The position numbers and the translations under genes are program-made. A DNA stretch of 64,000 nucleotides from Bdellovibrionales bacterium (GTDB taxonomy: Bacteria; Bdellovibrionota; Bdellovibrionia; Bdellovibrionales; UBA1609): contig JALZUR010000021.1 of NCBI GenBank assembly GCA_023301025.1, positions 1,183 to 65,182 on the forward strand, given 5' to 3'. Below the pieces are notes generated by a model. The model saw nothing but the letters and a program-made list of their open reading frames with translations, was not told the origin of the DNA and ran no database searches. Position 1 is the first letter of the stretch. Each line of letters begins with the position of its first letter. Below, piece after piece: positions 47,505 to 56,586 of the stretch.

Positions 47505-48245
47505 TTAATGTGCTACTCTTAGGTGCTCAACGTTCATTGCACTAGAGTGTAAGTGACTAAAGTCAGTATTAAACTTTTTCTGAATACTCTTAAGATCTCT
47601 TGGCACTACAGAAAATACGGATTTAAAACTCTTGATCATGTGAGATTGATCATAAAATCCACAGTGTGCAGCAATAGAGGCGCCGTGTTTTTTGTTAGCT
47701 AGTATGTGTTCTAAAGCAAGGTGACATCTAATGATTTTTAAGAATGTAAATGGAGTAAGACCGTAGCTTTGTTTAAAAGAGCGCATCAGATAGCCAGTGC
47801 TCACTAGAGATTTTTTAGCTAACTCTTCAACAGAAAATTTTTCTATTGTGTGGTCTAAGATATAATTCATGGCAAATTCAGCACCTTTTTGACCTTTGTT
47901 TTCTAGTTTATCAAAATTTAGTGTTCTATTCAAAAAATAGTCTGCGCTGTTTGTTAGTCTATATTCAATATGAAATTCTACATCTTCACCTTCGGTATAA
48001 ACAGAAAAGAATAAAGGAGTGTCCCAATAAAATTTGTTGTAATTTGGGTTCGGACATTGAATCAGATTGTTTTTAACGTTTAGTTTTAGAGAGCCTTTTG
48101 TGACAGTAATATTACCGCCAGAAAAGCCATATAGCCCTACAGGCGAATCAAAAGTGGCTTCCTTAGTAAGTTTAAATGAAAATAACACATAATTATCATC
48201 TTTAGATATATCAATGTTTTGGAAGATTAGGTTTTGAGTGTTCAT
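47505..48245 (-). CDS. AraC-family transcriptional regulator
   Basis: C-terminal double HTH (FSVEELAKKSLVSTGYLMRSFKQSYGLTPFTF...AAHCGFYDQSHMIKSFK) with an N-terminal beta-rich sensor-like half. AAGGAG RBS. Confidence 0.85.
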   Translation of the reverse strand: MNTQNLIFQNIDISKDDNYVLFSFKLTKEATFDSPVGLYGFSGGNITVTKGSLKLNVKNNLIQCPNPNYNKFYWDTPLFFSVYTEGEDVEFHIEYRLTNSADYFLNRTLNFDKLENKGQKGAEFAMNYILDHTIEKFSVEELAKKSLVSTGYLMRSFKQSYGLTPFTFLKIIRCHLALEHILANKKHGASIAAHCGFYDQSHMIKSFKSVFSVVPRDLKSIQKKFNTDFSHLHSSAMNVEHLRVAH

Positions 48246-48371
48246 AGCATTTTCTCCTTCTAATAAAGTCTTCTTTTATTTAATCCAATTAACTTCATCT
48301 AAAATTATAGACATAATTTTTATTGTATAATAATTACTAGAAACTAATTATAAAAATTACCATTCTAAACA

Positions 48372-48419
48372 TGTAAAAAGGTAAATTAGCACATAAAGTA
48401 TGTTGTATTACCTTTTACA
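48372..48419. repeat. Nested imperfect palindrome in an AT-rich intergenic region
   Basis: tgtaaaaaggtaa (48372-48384) / ttaccttttaca (48408-48419) with a one-nt bulge, enclosing acata (48391-48395) / tatgt (48399-48403). Confidence 0.5.
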
Positions 48420-48476
48420 GTTAAATTAAAAATTTTAAATTTTCTAGAAGTACATAACATAAAAAAATAAACGTAA

Positions 48477-48534
48477 AAAATACAAAAAAAATTAAAGCAA
48501 TAAAATACAATAAAAATGTCATTTTTTGTATTTT
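48477..48534. repeat. Perfect 13-bp inverted repeat
   Basis: aaaatacaaaaaa (48477-48489) / ttttttgtatttt (48522-48534) with a 32-nt spacer. The composition is low-complexity. Confidence 0.45.
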
Positions 48535-48786
48535 ATATATTTATGCAAGGTTAAATTAAATTTTTTACATGAAAATCTTGTTAGAAAGGGTGTCAAAAGG
48601 GAACCAGAAAATAATTCTAGCAAATAGCTGTTGTAGCAATTTGCGCTTTTTCCTTTTGTTAATTTTTTGATGATCAAGAAAATGAAAGGCTCAAAAAGAG
48701 AAAGCGTCATTATCAATCTAATTGAAAAATTTATTTTAATATAAAATTAAAAAATACTTTTAGTTAAAAACCATAGGAGGTTTTAT

Positions 48787-49131
48787 ATGAATAAAGGTTA
48801 TTACCAAGCAGATACAAAAAAATCAAAAGTAAGCAAAGGTAACGTTGGGTTTTTTGATTTTGATAGTGATGATTTTTTAAATATAGGCTGGTCGGATTCT
48901 GAACTTTATGAAAAAGATATTTTAGATTCTGATGATCAAAGTCTTCTTGTTGATTTAGATAATGATGTTGAAAAAAATATGTATTTTGGAAGTCTCAATA
49001 GTCGAAATTCTATTTGTAAATCTATTGATAAGTCTTTAGTGATCAAAAGCCTGTCTTCTGTTAAGAGACTTACTTTTAAGCTAAATGAAATTGTTCCCCT
49101 TCATACTCTAGTAAAAATGGTTGATTTTTAG
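48787..49131 (+). CDS. Hypothetical acidic protein (114 aa)
   Basis: Strong RBS TAGGAGG 7 nt upstream of the ATG. No recognised domain. Confidence 0.5.
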   Translation: MNKGYYQADTKKSKVSKGNVGFFDFDSDDFLNIGWSDSELYEKDILDSDDQSLLVDLDNDVEKNMYFGSLNSRNSICKSIDKSLVIKSLSSVKRLTFKLNEIVPLHTLVKMVDF

Positions 49132-49191
49132 TACTGAGTCTAAGTTTACTCTAAAGTCCTTAAATTACCTGTTATTTATATTATTCTTAAA

Positions 49192-49220
49192 CAGCTTTTA
49201 GGTGATTTACCTTAAAGCTG
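49192..49220 (+). other. Stem-loop between the orphan ORF and prpD (weak terminator or attenuator)
   Basis: cagcttttaggt (49192-49203) / accttaaagctg (49209-49220): a 12-bp stem with one mismatch and loop gattt. No T-tract. Confidence 0.3.
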
Positions 49221-49329
49221 TAGTTTCACCCTATGCATAGTGACGAATGTCTCAGGCTGTATAAATATATTTTAATTAAAATGTGTAATTAATTTTAGTT
49301 TAAGTCTAAAACTAAGGAGAACTTTAGCC

Positions 49330-50838
49330 ATGATAACCCATAAAGTGCGTGTTTACCCTTCAAAAGAAAAACTTCCAAGAACTGATGAGCTTGCCTGGAA
49401 AATGGCAGACATGGCCACTGATAATGTTGCTCTTGAATCTGAAGTAAAAGATATGATTATAAATAGAATCATCGATAACGCCTCGGTTGCGATTGCTGCT
49501 ATAAACAGAGGTCCTGTCGCCAATGCCAGAAGTATGGCTCTTGCTCATCCTGTAAATGGAGGTGCTCGTGTTTTTGGTCTATCTAATGATCAGGGCTTTT
49601 CACCAGAGTGGGCCGCTTGGGCTAATGGAACAGCAGTGCGTGAGCTTGATATGCACGACACCTTTTTAGCAGCTGACTATTCACACCCGGGAGACAATAT
49701 TCCTCCTCTTTTAGCAGTGGCTCAGAAAAAAGAAAAAAGTGGAAAAGATCTTTTAAGAGGTTTAGCTACCGCCTACGAAATACAGGTTAATCTAGTTAAA
49801 GGTATTTGCTTACACAAACATAAAAAAGATCATATAGCGCATCTTTGTCCAGCTTCTGCTGCAGGTATTGGAACAATGCTTGATCTACATACAGAGCGTG
49901 TTTATCAGGCCATTCAGCAAGCTGTTCATGTTTCTTTTTCTACTAGACAGTCTAGAAAAGGACAGATTTCAAGTTGGAAAGCCTATGCGCCAGCTCACTC
50001 AGGTAAACTTTCTGTAGAAGCTGTTGACCGTACGATGAGAGGTGAAGGTGCACCTTCACCTATCTATGAAGGTGAGGATTCTGTCATTGCTTATATGCTT
50101 GATGGGAAAGATGGCAGTTATGAAGTGCCTCTTCCAGAAAAAGGTGAGGCAAAAAAAGCAATTTTAGAGACCTACACGAAAGAGCATTCGGCAGAGTATC
50201 AATCACAAGCGCTTATAGATTTAGCTTTTGATATGAGAAAAAAAATAACGGATCTTACAAAAGTAAAAAGCATTGTTTTACACACGAGTCATCACACGCA
50301 TTACGTTATTGGCACAGGCGCTGGAGATCCACAAAAAATGGACCCTACAGCTTCAAGAGAGACTCTTGATCACAGTATAATGTATATTTTTGCAGTAGCT
50401 CTAGAAGATGGCAATTGGCATCATGTTGACAGTTACACTCCAGAAAGAGCTGGAAAAGATGAGACTGTTAAACTTTGGCATAAAGTTTCAACAGTAGAAG
50501 ATCCAAAATGGACAGAACTTTATCATAACCCTGATCCTAATAAAAAATCCTTTGGGGCTAGAGTTGTTATAACAATGGAAGATGGAACAGTTGTTGAAAA
50601 TGAAAAGCATGTTGCTGATGCTCATCCAGCAGGTGATCGTCCGTTCAAAAGGCCAAACTATATCAATAAATTTATGACACTCACCAAAGGTTTAATCTCT
50701 GAAGTAGAACAAAAAAGATTTGTTGATCTTTGTGAAAACTTAGAGGATTTAAGTCCTCAAGAGCTGATGCAGCTTAATGTGCAGCTTGATCCACAATCTT
50801 TGGTAAATTCTGAGCGCGATGATTCTGGAATTTTTTAA
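49330..50838 (+). CDS. prpD: 2-methylcitrate dehydratase
   Basis: MmgE/PrpD family, about 500 aa: [29 protein letters not shown] and SHPGDNIP. Next to prpB and prpC. AAGGAG RBS. Confidence 0.92.
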   Translation: MITHKVRVYPSKEKLPRTDELAWKMADMATDNVALESEVKDMIINRIIDNASVAIAAINRGPVANARSMALAHPVNGGARVFGLSNDQGFSPEWAAWANGTAVRELDMHDTFLAADYSHPGDNIPPLLAVAQKKEKSGKDLLRGLATAYEIQVNLVKGICLHKHKKDHIAHLCPASAAGIGTMLDLHTERVYQAIQQAVHVSFSTRQSRKGQISSWKAYAPAHSGKLSVEAVDRTMRGEGAPSPIYEGEDSVIAYMLDGKDGSYEVPLPEKGEAKKAILETYTKEHSAEYQSQALIDLAFDMRKKITDLTKVKSIVLHTSHHTHYVIGTGAGDPQKMDPTASRETLDHSIMYIFAVALEDGNWHHVDSYTPERAGKDETVKLWHKVSTVEDPKWTELYHNPDPNKKSFGARVVITMEDGTVVENEKHVADAHPAGDRPFKRPNYINKFMTLTKGLISEVEQKRFVDLCENLEDLSPQELMQLNVQLDPQSLVNSERDDSGIF

Positions 50839-50926
50839 GAGTGTCATAAATTTAAGTTTTGAACGCTTGAACCAAATAAAACTGCAAAGATTAGCTGAAA
50901 ATTATAATAGGTGAGGCAAAAAAAGC

Positions 50927-51820
50927 ATGATTAAAACAGAAACATCTGCACAAAAAAAACGTGAAAATTTTGTTAAAGGTTTAAAGTCTGGAAAGCTTCA
51001 ACGTTTTCCAGGAGCCTTTTCTCCATTAGTTGCTAGACTCATTGAAGATATCGGTTTTGATGGGGTCTACATTTCAGGGGCGGTGTTATCTAATGATCTA
51101 GCCTACCCTGACATTGGTTTAACAACCCTTAGTGAAGTTTCAACTAGGGGACGTCAAATCTCAAGAGCTACAAATCTTCCTACATTGATAGATATGGATA
51201 CAGGTTTTGGTGAAGCCATGTCTGCAGCTCGTACTATAACCGATCTTGAAGATGCAGGCTTATCAGGCTGTCACATTGAAGATCAGGTCAATCCAAAAAG
51301 ATGTGGGCATCTAGACAATAAAACACTAGTGCCTGCAGCTGATATGATTAGAAAAATCAAAGCCTGTTCTGATGCTAAAAGAGATTCTAATTTTGTAATC
51401 ATGGCTAGAACTGATGCAAGAGCAAGTGAAGGTTTAGACAAAGCAATTGATAGAGCAAAAGCTTATGTTGATGCAGGGGCTAATGCTATATTTCCTGAAG
51501 CTATGAAGGATGAGACTGATTTTGAAGCTTTTAGAAAAGCTTTAGATGTGCCACTTTTAGCTAATATGACAGAGTTTGGAAAATCAAAAATTCTTGATAA
51601 AACAAAACTTGAAGATCTTGGGTACAATATGGTTATTTACCCGGTTACCACCTTAAGACTTGCAATGTACCACGTTGAAGAGTCTTTAAGGTCTATTAAA
51701 GATGCTGGCACTCAAGAGCATCTTTTAGATAAAATGCAGCACAGGAGTAGACTTTATGAGCTTGTAGACTACGAAGCCTACAACTCATTTGATAAATCCG
51801 TTTATAATTTTAAACTGTAA
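50927..51820 (+). CDS. prpB: 2-methylisocitrate lyase
   Basis: ISGAVLSN, DMDTGFG and the catalytic loop HIEDQVNPKRCGHLDNK; ARTDA. Confidence 0.93.
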   Translation: MIKTETSAQKKRENFVKGLKSGKLQRFPGAFSPLVARLIEDIGFDGVYISGAVLSNDLAYPDIGLTTLSEVSTRGRQISRATNLPTLIDMDTGFGEAMSAARTITDLEDAGLSGCHIEDQVNPKRCGHLDNKTLVPAADMIRKIKACSDAKRDSNFVIMARTDARASEGLDKAIDRAKAYVDAGANAIFPEAMKDETDFEAFRKALDVPLLANMTEFGKSKILDKTKLEDLGYNMVIYPVTTLRLAMYHVEESLRSIKDAGTQEHLLDKMQHRSRLYELVDYEAYNSFDKSVYNFKL

Positions 51821-51880
51821 AATATATTTTTGAGACTTATAAAATAAAACCATAAATACAACGTAAAAAGGAAGGACCCC

Positions 51881-52996
51881 ATGTCAGATACTAAAGTGAA
51901 TGTTAAAAAAGGTTTAGAAGGTGTTGTAATAGACACTACATCTGTATCTAAAGTTATGCCGCAAACAAATTCTTTAACTTACAGAGGATATGCTGTTGAA
52001 GACCTTTGTGAAAGATGCAGTTTTGAAGACGTGGCTTTTTTAATGTGGAATGGCGAGCTTCCTACAAAAGAAGAGTCTGAATCTTTTAAGAAAAAAGAGC
52101 GCTCTTATAGAGAACTTCCAAATTCTATCGTTCAAGCTTTTAAAGGCATGAACATGAATGCGCACCCTATGGATATACTTAGAACTGGTGTGAGCATTCT
52201 TGGGACAGAGGACACTCGTATTTGGGATGATTCGAAGGAAATAAATATTGATAAAGCCACCATGATGATGGCTAAAATTCCAACTATGATTGCTGCAGCT
52301 TACCGTTTAAAGCACGGAAAAGAATTGATTGCACCTGACCCTAGTCTTTCTATGTCAGAAAACTTCTTTAAGATGTGTTTTGATAAAGTGCCGGCTCCTG
52401 AAGTTGTTAAAGCTTTTGATGTATCTTTAATTCTATATGCAGAACATAGTTTTAATGCTTCAACCTTTACTTCCCGAGTTATTACATCCACCACCTCTGA
52501 TATTTACAGTGCAGTAACTGGTGCTATCGGTGCTTTAAAAGGACCACTTCATGGAGGCGCTAATGAGCAAGTTATGTATGTCTTAAAAGAAGTTGAGGAT
52601 CCAGCTCGTGCAAAAGATTGGATGCATCAAGCTTTAAAAGACAAAAGAAAAGTTATGGGTTTTGGGCATCGTGTGTATAAAAATGGAGACTCTAGAGTTC
52701 CAACAATGAAAAAGTATGCGCTTAAAATGGCTGACTTTACAGGGGATAAAAAATGGATGGAGATTTCTCAAGCCCTAGAGGATGTTATGGTCGGTGAGAA
52801 AGGTATTTATCCTAACTTAGATTTTCCTGCAGGCCCTGCTTACTACATGATGGGTTTTGAAATTGAAATGTTCACACCTATATTTGTTATGAGTCGTATC
52901 ACAGGTTGGTCAGCACATATCATTGAGCAGACGGAAAATAACAGAATTATTCGCCCACTTAGTGAGTATGTTGGTCCGGATCAAAGAACTCTTTAG
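51881..52996 (+). CDS. prpC: 2-methylcitrate synthase (assignment from context; citrate synthase family)
   Basis: AEHSFNASTFTSRV, GALKGPLHGGANEQV and GFGHRVYKNGDSRV. Last gene of the prp cluster. Confidence 0.88.
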   Translation: MSDTKVNVKKGLEGVVIDTTSVSKVMPQTNSLTYRGYAVEDLCERCSFEDVAFLMWNGELPTKEESESFKKKERSYRELPNSIVQAFKGMNMNAHPMDILRTGVSILGTEDTRIWDDSKEINIDKATMMMAKIPTMIAAAYRLKHGKELIAPDPSLSMSENFFKMCFDKVPAPEVVKAFDVSLILYAEHSFNASTFTSRVITSTTSDIYSAVTGAIGALKGPLHGGANEQVMYVLKEVEDPARAKDWMHQALKDKRKVMGFGHRVYKNGDSRVPTMKKYALKMADFTGDKKWMEISQALEDVMVGEKGIYPNLDFPAGPAYYMMGFEIEMFTPIFVMSRITGWSAHIIEQTENNRIIRPLSEYVGPDQRTL

Positions 52997-53033
52997 TTTT
53001 TTTAGTCTATGCTGGGTAGTATTTAAGTTCTAC

Positions 53034-54056
53034 TCAGCTTGAAAGGGCAAAGCAGGATAGGGCATACAACAGTCTTACAGCTGTAACTTCATCTATACCT
53101 TCACCAAGTGCATTTAAAGAGCTATTAGGTGAGACTTCGACTAAATCAAAACCTATAAGTTTGTGACCTCTTCTGTGAAGCTCTTCAATAAGAAAGTTTG
53201 CCTCGTTGTAACTTAACCCTCCAGGAACTGGGGTTCCAGTATTTGGGCAAAACTCAGGGGATAAGCCATCGATATCAAAACTAATGTAAATATTTTCATT
53301 AAGGTCTTCAAAAAATTTATCTAAAATTTGAGAAAAAGATGTTCCAAAAAACTTTAATTTTTGAAACTCCTGATCAAGAATAAATTTAGAGTTCTCAAGG
53401 GCAAAATTATATTCTGATTCACAAAAGTCACGAAGACCTATTTGGTAAAGTGTGGGCGGTGTTTTAAGTTTTGTTCTTATGTTGTACATGATTGAAGCGT
53501 GAGAGTGTGTGAAACCTTGATAAGCGTCTCTAAAATCAAAATGAGCATCCAAGTGAACAATTGAAAACTTACCTCTGTATTTTTCAGAAACAGCTTTAAT
53601 CAATCCAAAGGGTGCAGAGTGATCACCGCCAACAAGACCAACAGTTTTATTTTTTTCTAATAGGCTTAGAGACTCATTATAAATAAATGTATTGTAAGTG
53701 TTAGATAGATCATTAGCTCTTTCAATACTTTTTTGATCTGGAATTTTTTCTTCATCCAAGTTTTTTTGAATTCCATCGCATATAATCGATGCCTTATCAT
53801 TAAGATCGGTGATTTTATCAGCTGTACTATAATCCCATTGAATACCTTTGTTGTAGATCTTTTTAAAGTAAGGGTGAAAAAGATCCATTTGTTTTGAAGC
53901 CTCAAAAACAGATTTAGGGCCATTTTTACAGCCTTTTTTAAAAGATGTAGTAGGCTCCCACGGGCTTGGAAGAATATGAAGTTCAGCCTTCATGTCTTTT
54001 GGGAGTCCAAAAACAGAAGAGTTTTTAGAAAAATGTCCTTCGGGGTTAAATGTCAT
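53034..54056 (-). CDS. Arginase-family ureohydrolase, probable agmatinase
   Basis: Mn-binding motifs GGDHSAPFG, HLDAHFDFRD and SFDIDGLSPEFCPNTGTPVPGGLS. The arginine decarboxylase gene is in the same window. Confidence 0.7.
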   Translation of the reverse strand: MTFNPEGHFSKNSSVFGLPKDMKAELHILPSPWEPTTSFKKGCKNGPKSVFEASKQMDLFHPYFKKIYNKGIQWDYSTADKITDLNDKASIICDGIQKNLDEEKIPDQKSIERANDLSNTYNTFIYNESLSLLEKNKTVGLVGGDHSAPFGLIKAVSEKYRGKFSIVHLDAHFDFRDAYQGFTHSHASIMYNIRTKLKTPPTLYQIGLRDFCESEYNFALENSKFILDQEFQKLKFFGTSFSQILDKFFEDLNENIYISFDIDGLSPEFCPNTGTPVPGGLSYNEANFLIEELHRRGHKLIGFDLVEVSPNSSLNALGEGIDEVTAVRLLYALSCFALSS

Positions 54057-54152
54057 AGAGGGACTATAGTCAAAAAATCAGGATAGGCAATAAAGCATTA
54101 ATTTTAAACACTTTATACAGATGTTTAAAAGAAATCTTTTGGGAAAGTTGAA

Positions 54153-54770
54153 CTAGAAAAAAAAGATTTTTAACACCAAGAGGCTAACTACTAATACGGT
54201 TATAACCAAAAATATGGCTTCTAACCTCTTTTCAATAAAATCTCTTATGGAGTCTCCAAAAAAGTATATTAAAGCCCCAAGAGTGAAGTATCTTAAGCCT
54301 CGTCCAAAAAAAGCTCCTAGTGCAAAAGGAAGAAGAGCTAAATTCATAGAGCCTGCAGCTAATGAAAAAACTTTAAAGGGTAGTGGGCTAAAAGCCCCTA
54401 AAAAAACAAATAAAAAAACATTATCTTTTAACCCATTGTATACAGCCATATAGGTGCTTTCAGAAAAAATATAGGTGTATATAAATGGGCTAATGCTCTT
54501 CCAAAAAAAAGCACCAATAAAGTACCCAGTCATAGCCCCTAAAAGACTTGTCACTGTTATATAAAAAGCTGTGAAAAAAGCTCTTTTCGGCTTTGCAGTG
54601 GCTCTGGCAATTAGAAGTGGGTCTGTGGGGATTGGTATTATGATAGCTTCTAAAAATGAAAAGCCTGCGATAAAAAAATCCGCATAGGGTTTTTTAATTT
54701 CTTCTAAGCTCCAGTGATAGATCTTACGCAGTAGGTTTTTGGGCTCTTTACTTGCCTTTGAATTGGTCAA
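54153..54770 (-). CDS. DedA/YqaA-family (VTT domain) membrane protein
   Basis: 205 aa polytopic protein with FLEAIIIPIPTDPLLIA and FGRGLRYFTLGALIYFFG. Confidence 0.7.
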   Translation of the reverse strand: MTNSKASKEPKNLLRKIYHWSLEEIKKPYADFFIAGFSFLEAIIIPIPTDPLLIARATAKPKRAFFTAFYITVTSLLGAMTGYFIGAFFWKSISPFIYTYIFSESTYMAVYNGLKDNVFLFVFLGAFSPLPFKVFSLAAGSMNLALLPFALGAFFGRGLRYFTLGALIYFFGDSIRDFIEKRLEAIFLVITVLVVSLLVLKIFFF

Positions 54771-54855
54771 ATGAGTCCTTTCTTCTTGATTTTAGCTATA
54801 GTTTTGAACAGTCTACATTTTTATTGAGTATAGCTCTATGACTTAGGAGATCAAG

Positions 54856-56523
54856 GTGAAATTACTGTTAAAACTTTTGGTTCGTGTTGGCTTTGTTTTT
54901 TTTGGTTTGATTCTAACTTTATTTTTTCTTACGTCTTGCTCCAGCAAAAGTGAAAAATCTAACTCTATGAGTGGTATTTACTTTAGAGTGCTTCAAAGTG
55001 AGCCTGGAGACATTCATCCTATCAGATCAAATGATTTAGTTAAGACTCAAATGGTTATGCAAAATATATATTATGGGTCAGGTGTTATTGAGTCTCTTAT
55101 GTATAGTGATCTTGATACGGATGAGTTGATGCCTGGCTTAGCCACCTCTTATGAAGTGTCGGCTGATAAAAAAGAATTTATTTTTAACTTAAGACAAGAT
55201 GTTAAATTTCAAGATGGCTCTGTGTTTAGTGCAGAAGATGTTAAGTTCTCTTTTGATGTTATTTTTGATGATAAATTTGAAGGTTTTGTTCTAAGATCAT
55301 TTTACGCAAATATTAAAAAGGTTGAGATTTTAGATAAATACAAAGTTAAGTTTACTGTTGCAAAGCCCTACTTTCAAAACTTAAATCTAATTACGGGTCT
55401 ATATATTTTGCCTAAAGCCACTTATTCGAAACAATCAGATACAAATAGACTTTCTAAAACTGTTACAGGCTCTGGTCCTTATAAGTTTTTAAAATGGGAG
55501 CAGGGAAAAGCTTTAACACTACAAAAAAATCCTGATTGGTGGGGTTTAAAAGATCCAGTGCTTTCAAAAAGGTTTCTTCATAAAAAAATTGTTTTTAAAT
55601 TTGTTAAAGACTCAATGTTAAGAAAATCTATGTTAGAAAGAGGTACGGTGGATTACGATGATCGTATTCGTGCTGAACACTATGTTAAAAAAATGAACGA
55701 AAAGCCTTGGGGTGAGAAGGTTTTTAAAGTAGCAGCTGAGAATAAGGTTCCTAAACAACAGTCGTATATTGGCCTTAACAACAACCACCCTATATTTAAA
55801 GATAAAAAAGTAAGATTTGCCCTAGCCCACACAGTAAATCGTGAGTTTTTAAACAAAAAGTTTTACTACGATATGAACAATTTAGCCACAGGTCCTTTTA
55901 GAGTAACAAGTGACTATGTTAATAAAAATGTTAAGCCTATCGCTTTTGACTTAGAAAAAGCTCGAGTGATGTTTAAAGCTGCAGGCTGGAGTGACACAGA
56001 TAAAGATGGTCTTTTGGACAAAATTATCGATGGTAAAAAAGTTAAGTTTTCTTTTAATTTAATTTCAGCAAACAAAGACACAGAAAAAATGCTTACCGTA
56101 ATGAAAGAGGATATGAAAAAAGCAGGGGTTGAGATGGTCATAAACTCTGTTGATTGGAATGCCTTGATTAAAGCAAAAAATGAAAAGAAGTTTGATGCAA
56201 TTATTATGGCCTGGGGTGGTGGTGACGTTGATCCAGATCCAACACAGATTTGGCACTCAGAGAGTTCTAAAGGAATTGGATCAAACTACATCAATTACAA
56301 AAATCCTGAAGTAGACAGTCTCATCAAAAAAGGTGTTGCTCTGTCTGATAAAAATGAAAGAGTTAAAGTTTATGAAAAGATTCATAAACTCATTGCTGAA
56401 GATGCCCCTTATATTTTTCTATTTGAACCTAAGTATCAACTCTATGCAGTGAGTTCCAGAGTGGATAGGCCTAAAGATACCTTTAACTTCTCTATTGGCT
56501 CTCAATATTGGTCTGTGGAATAA
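54856..56523 (+). CDS. ABC transporter substrate-binding lipoprotein, family 5 (peptide/opine type, YejA-like)
   Basis: Lipobox LTSC. About 550 aa with SBP_bac_5-type motifs (GSGPYKFLKWEQGKALTLQKNPDWWG, MAWGGGDVDPDP). AGGAG RBS before a GTG start. Confidence 0.85.
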   Translation: MKLLLKLLVRVGFVFFGLILTLFFLTSCSSKSEKSNSMSGIYFRVLQSEPGDIHPIRSNDLVKTQMVMQNIYYGSGVIESLMYSDLDTDELMPGLATSYEVSADKKEFIFNLRQDVKFQDGSVFSAEDVKFSFDVIFDDKFEGFVLRSFYANIKKVEILDKYKVKFTVAKPYFQNLNLITGLYILPKATYSKQSDTNRLSKTVTGSGPYKFLKWEQGKALTLQKNPDWWGLKDPVLSKRFLHKKIVFKFVKDSMLRKSMLERGTVDYDDRIRAEHYVKKMNEKPWGEKVFKVAAENKVPKQQSYIGLNNNHPIFKDKKVRFALAHTVNREFLNKKFYYDMNNLATGPFRVTSDYVNKNVKPIAFDLEKARVMFKAAGWSDTDKDGLLDKIIDGKKVKFSFNLISANKDTEKMLTVMKEDMKKAGVEMVINSVDWNALIKAKNEKKFDAIIMAWGGGDVDPDPTQIWHSESSKGIGSNYINYKNPEVDSLIKKGVALSDKNERVKVYEKIHKLIAEDAPYIFLFEPKYQLYAVSSRVDRPKDTFNFSIGSQYWSVE

Positions 56524-56586
56524 GAATGTTTTTGTTTTGCAATCAAAGTAATTTTTCTAATTTTTTTTTAAAGGTGAGCTTTTATA

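Noticed and set aside
48519-48716. 65-codon ORF in the AT-rich region upstream of the orphan/prp genes
   Set aside because: It has no RBS, a Lys/Phe/Leu composition that simply reflects AT-rich DNA, and it overlaps the palindromic/repeat elements. It is more likely non-coding control DNA.
53011-53038. Hairpin gctgggtag / ctactcagc between prpC and the convergent ureohydrolase gene as a terminator
   Set aside because: The stem needs a G-U pair and has a 10-nt loop and no T-tract on either strand. It also overlaps the ureohydrolase stop. The evidence is too weak to annotate as a feature.
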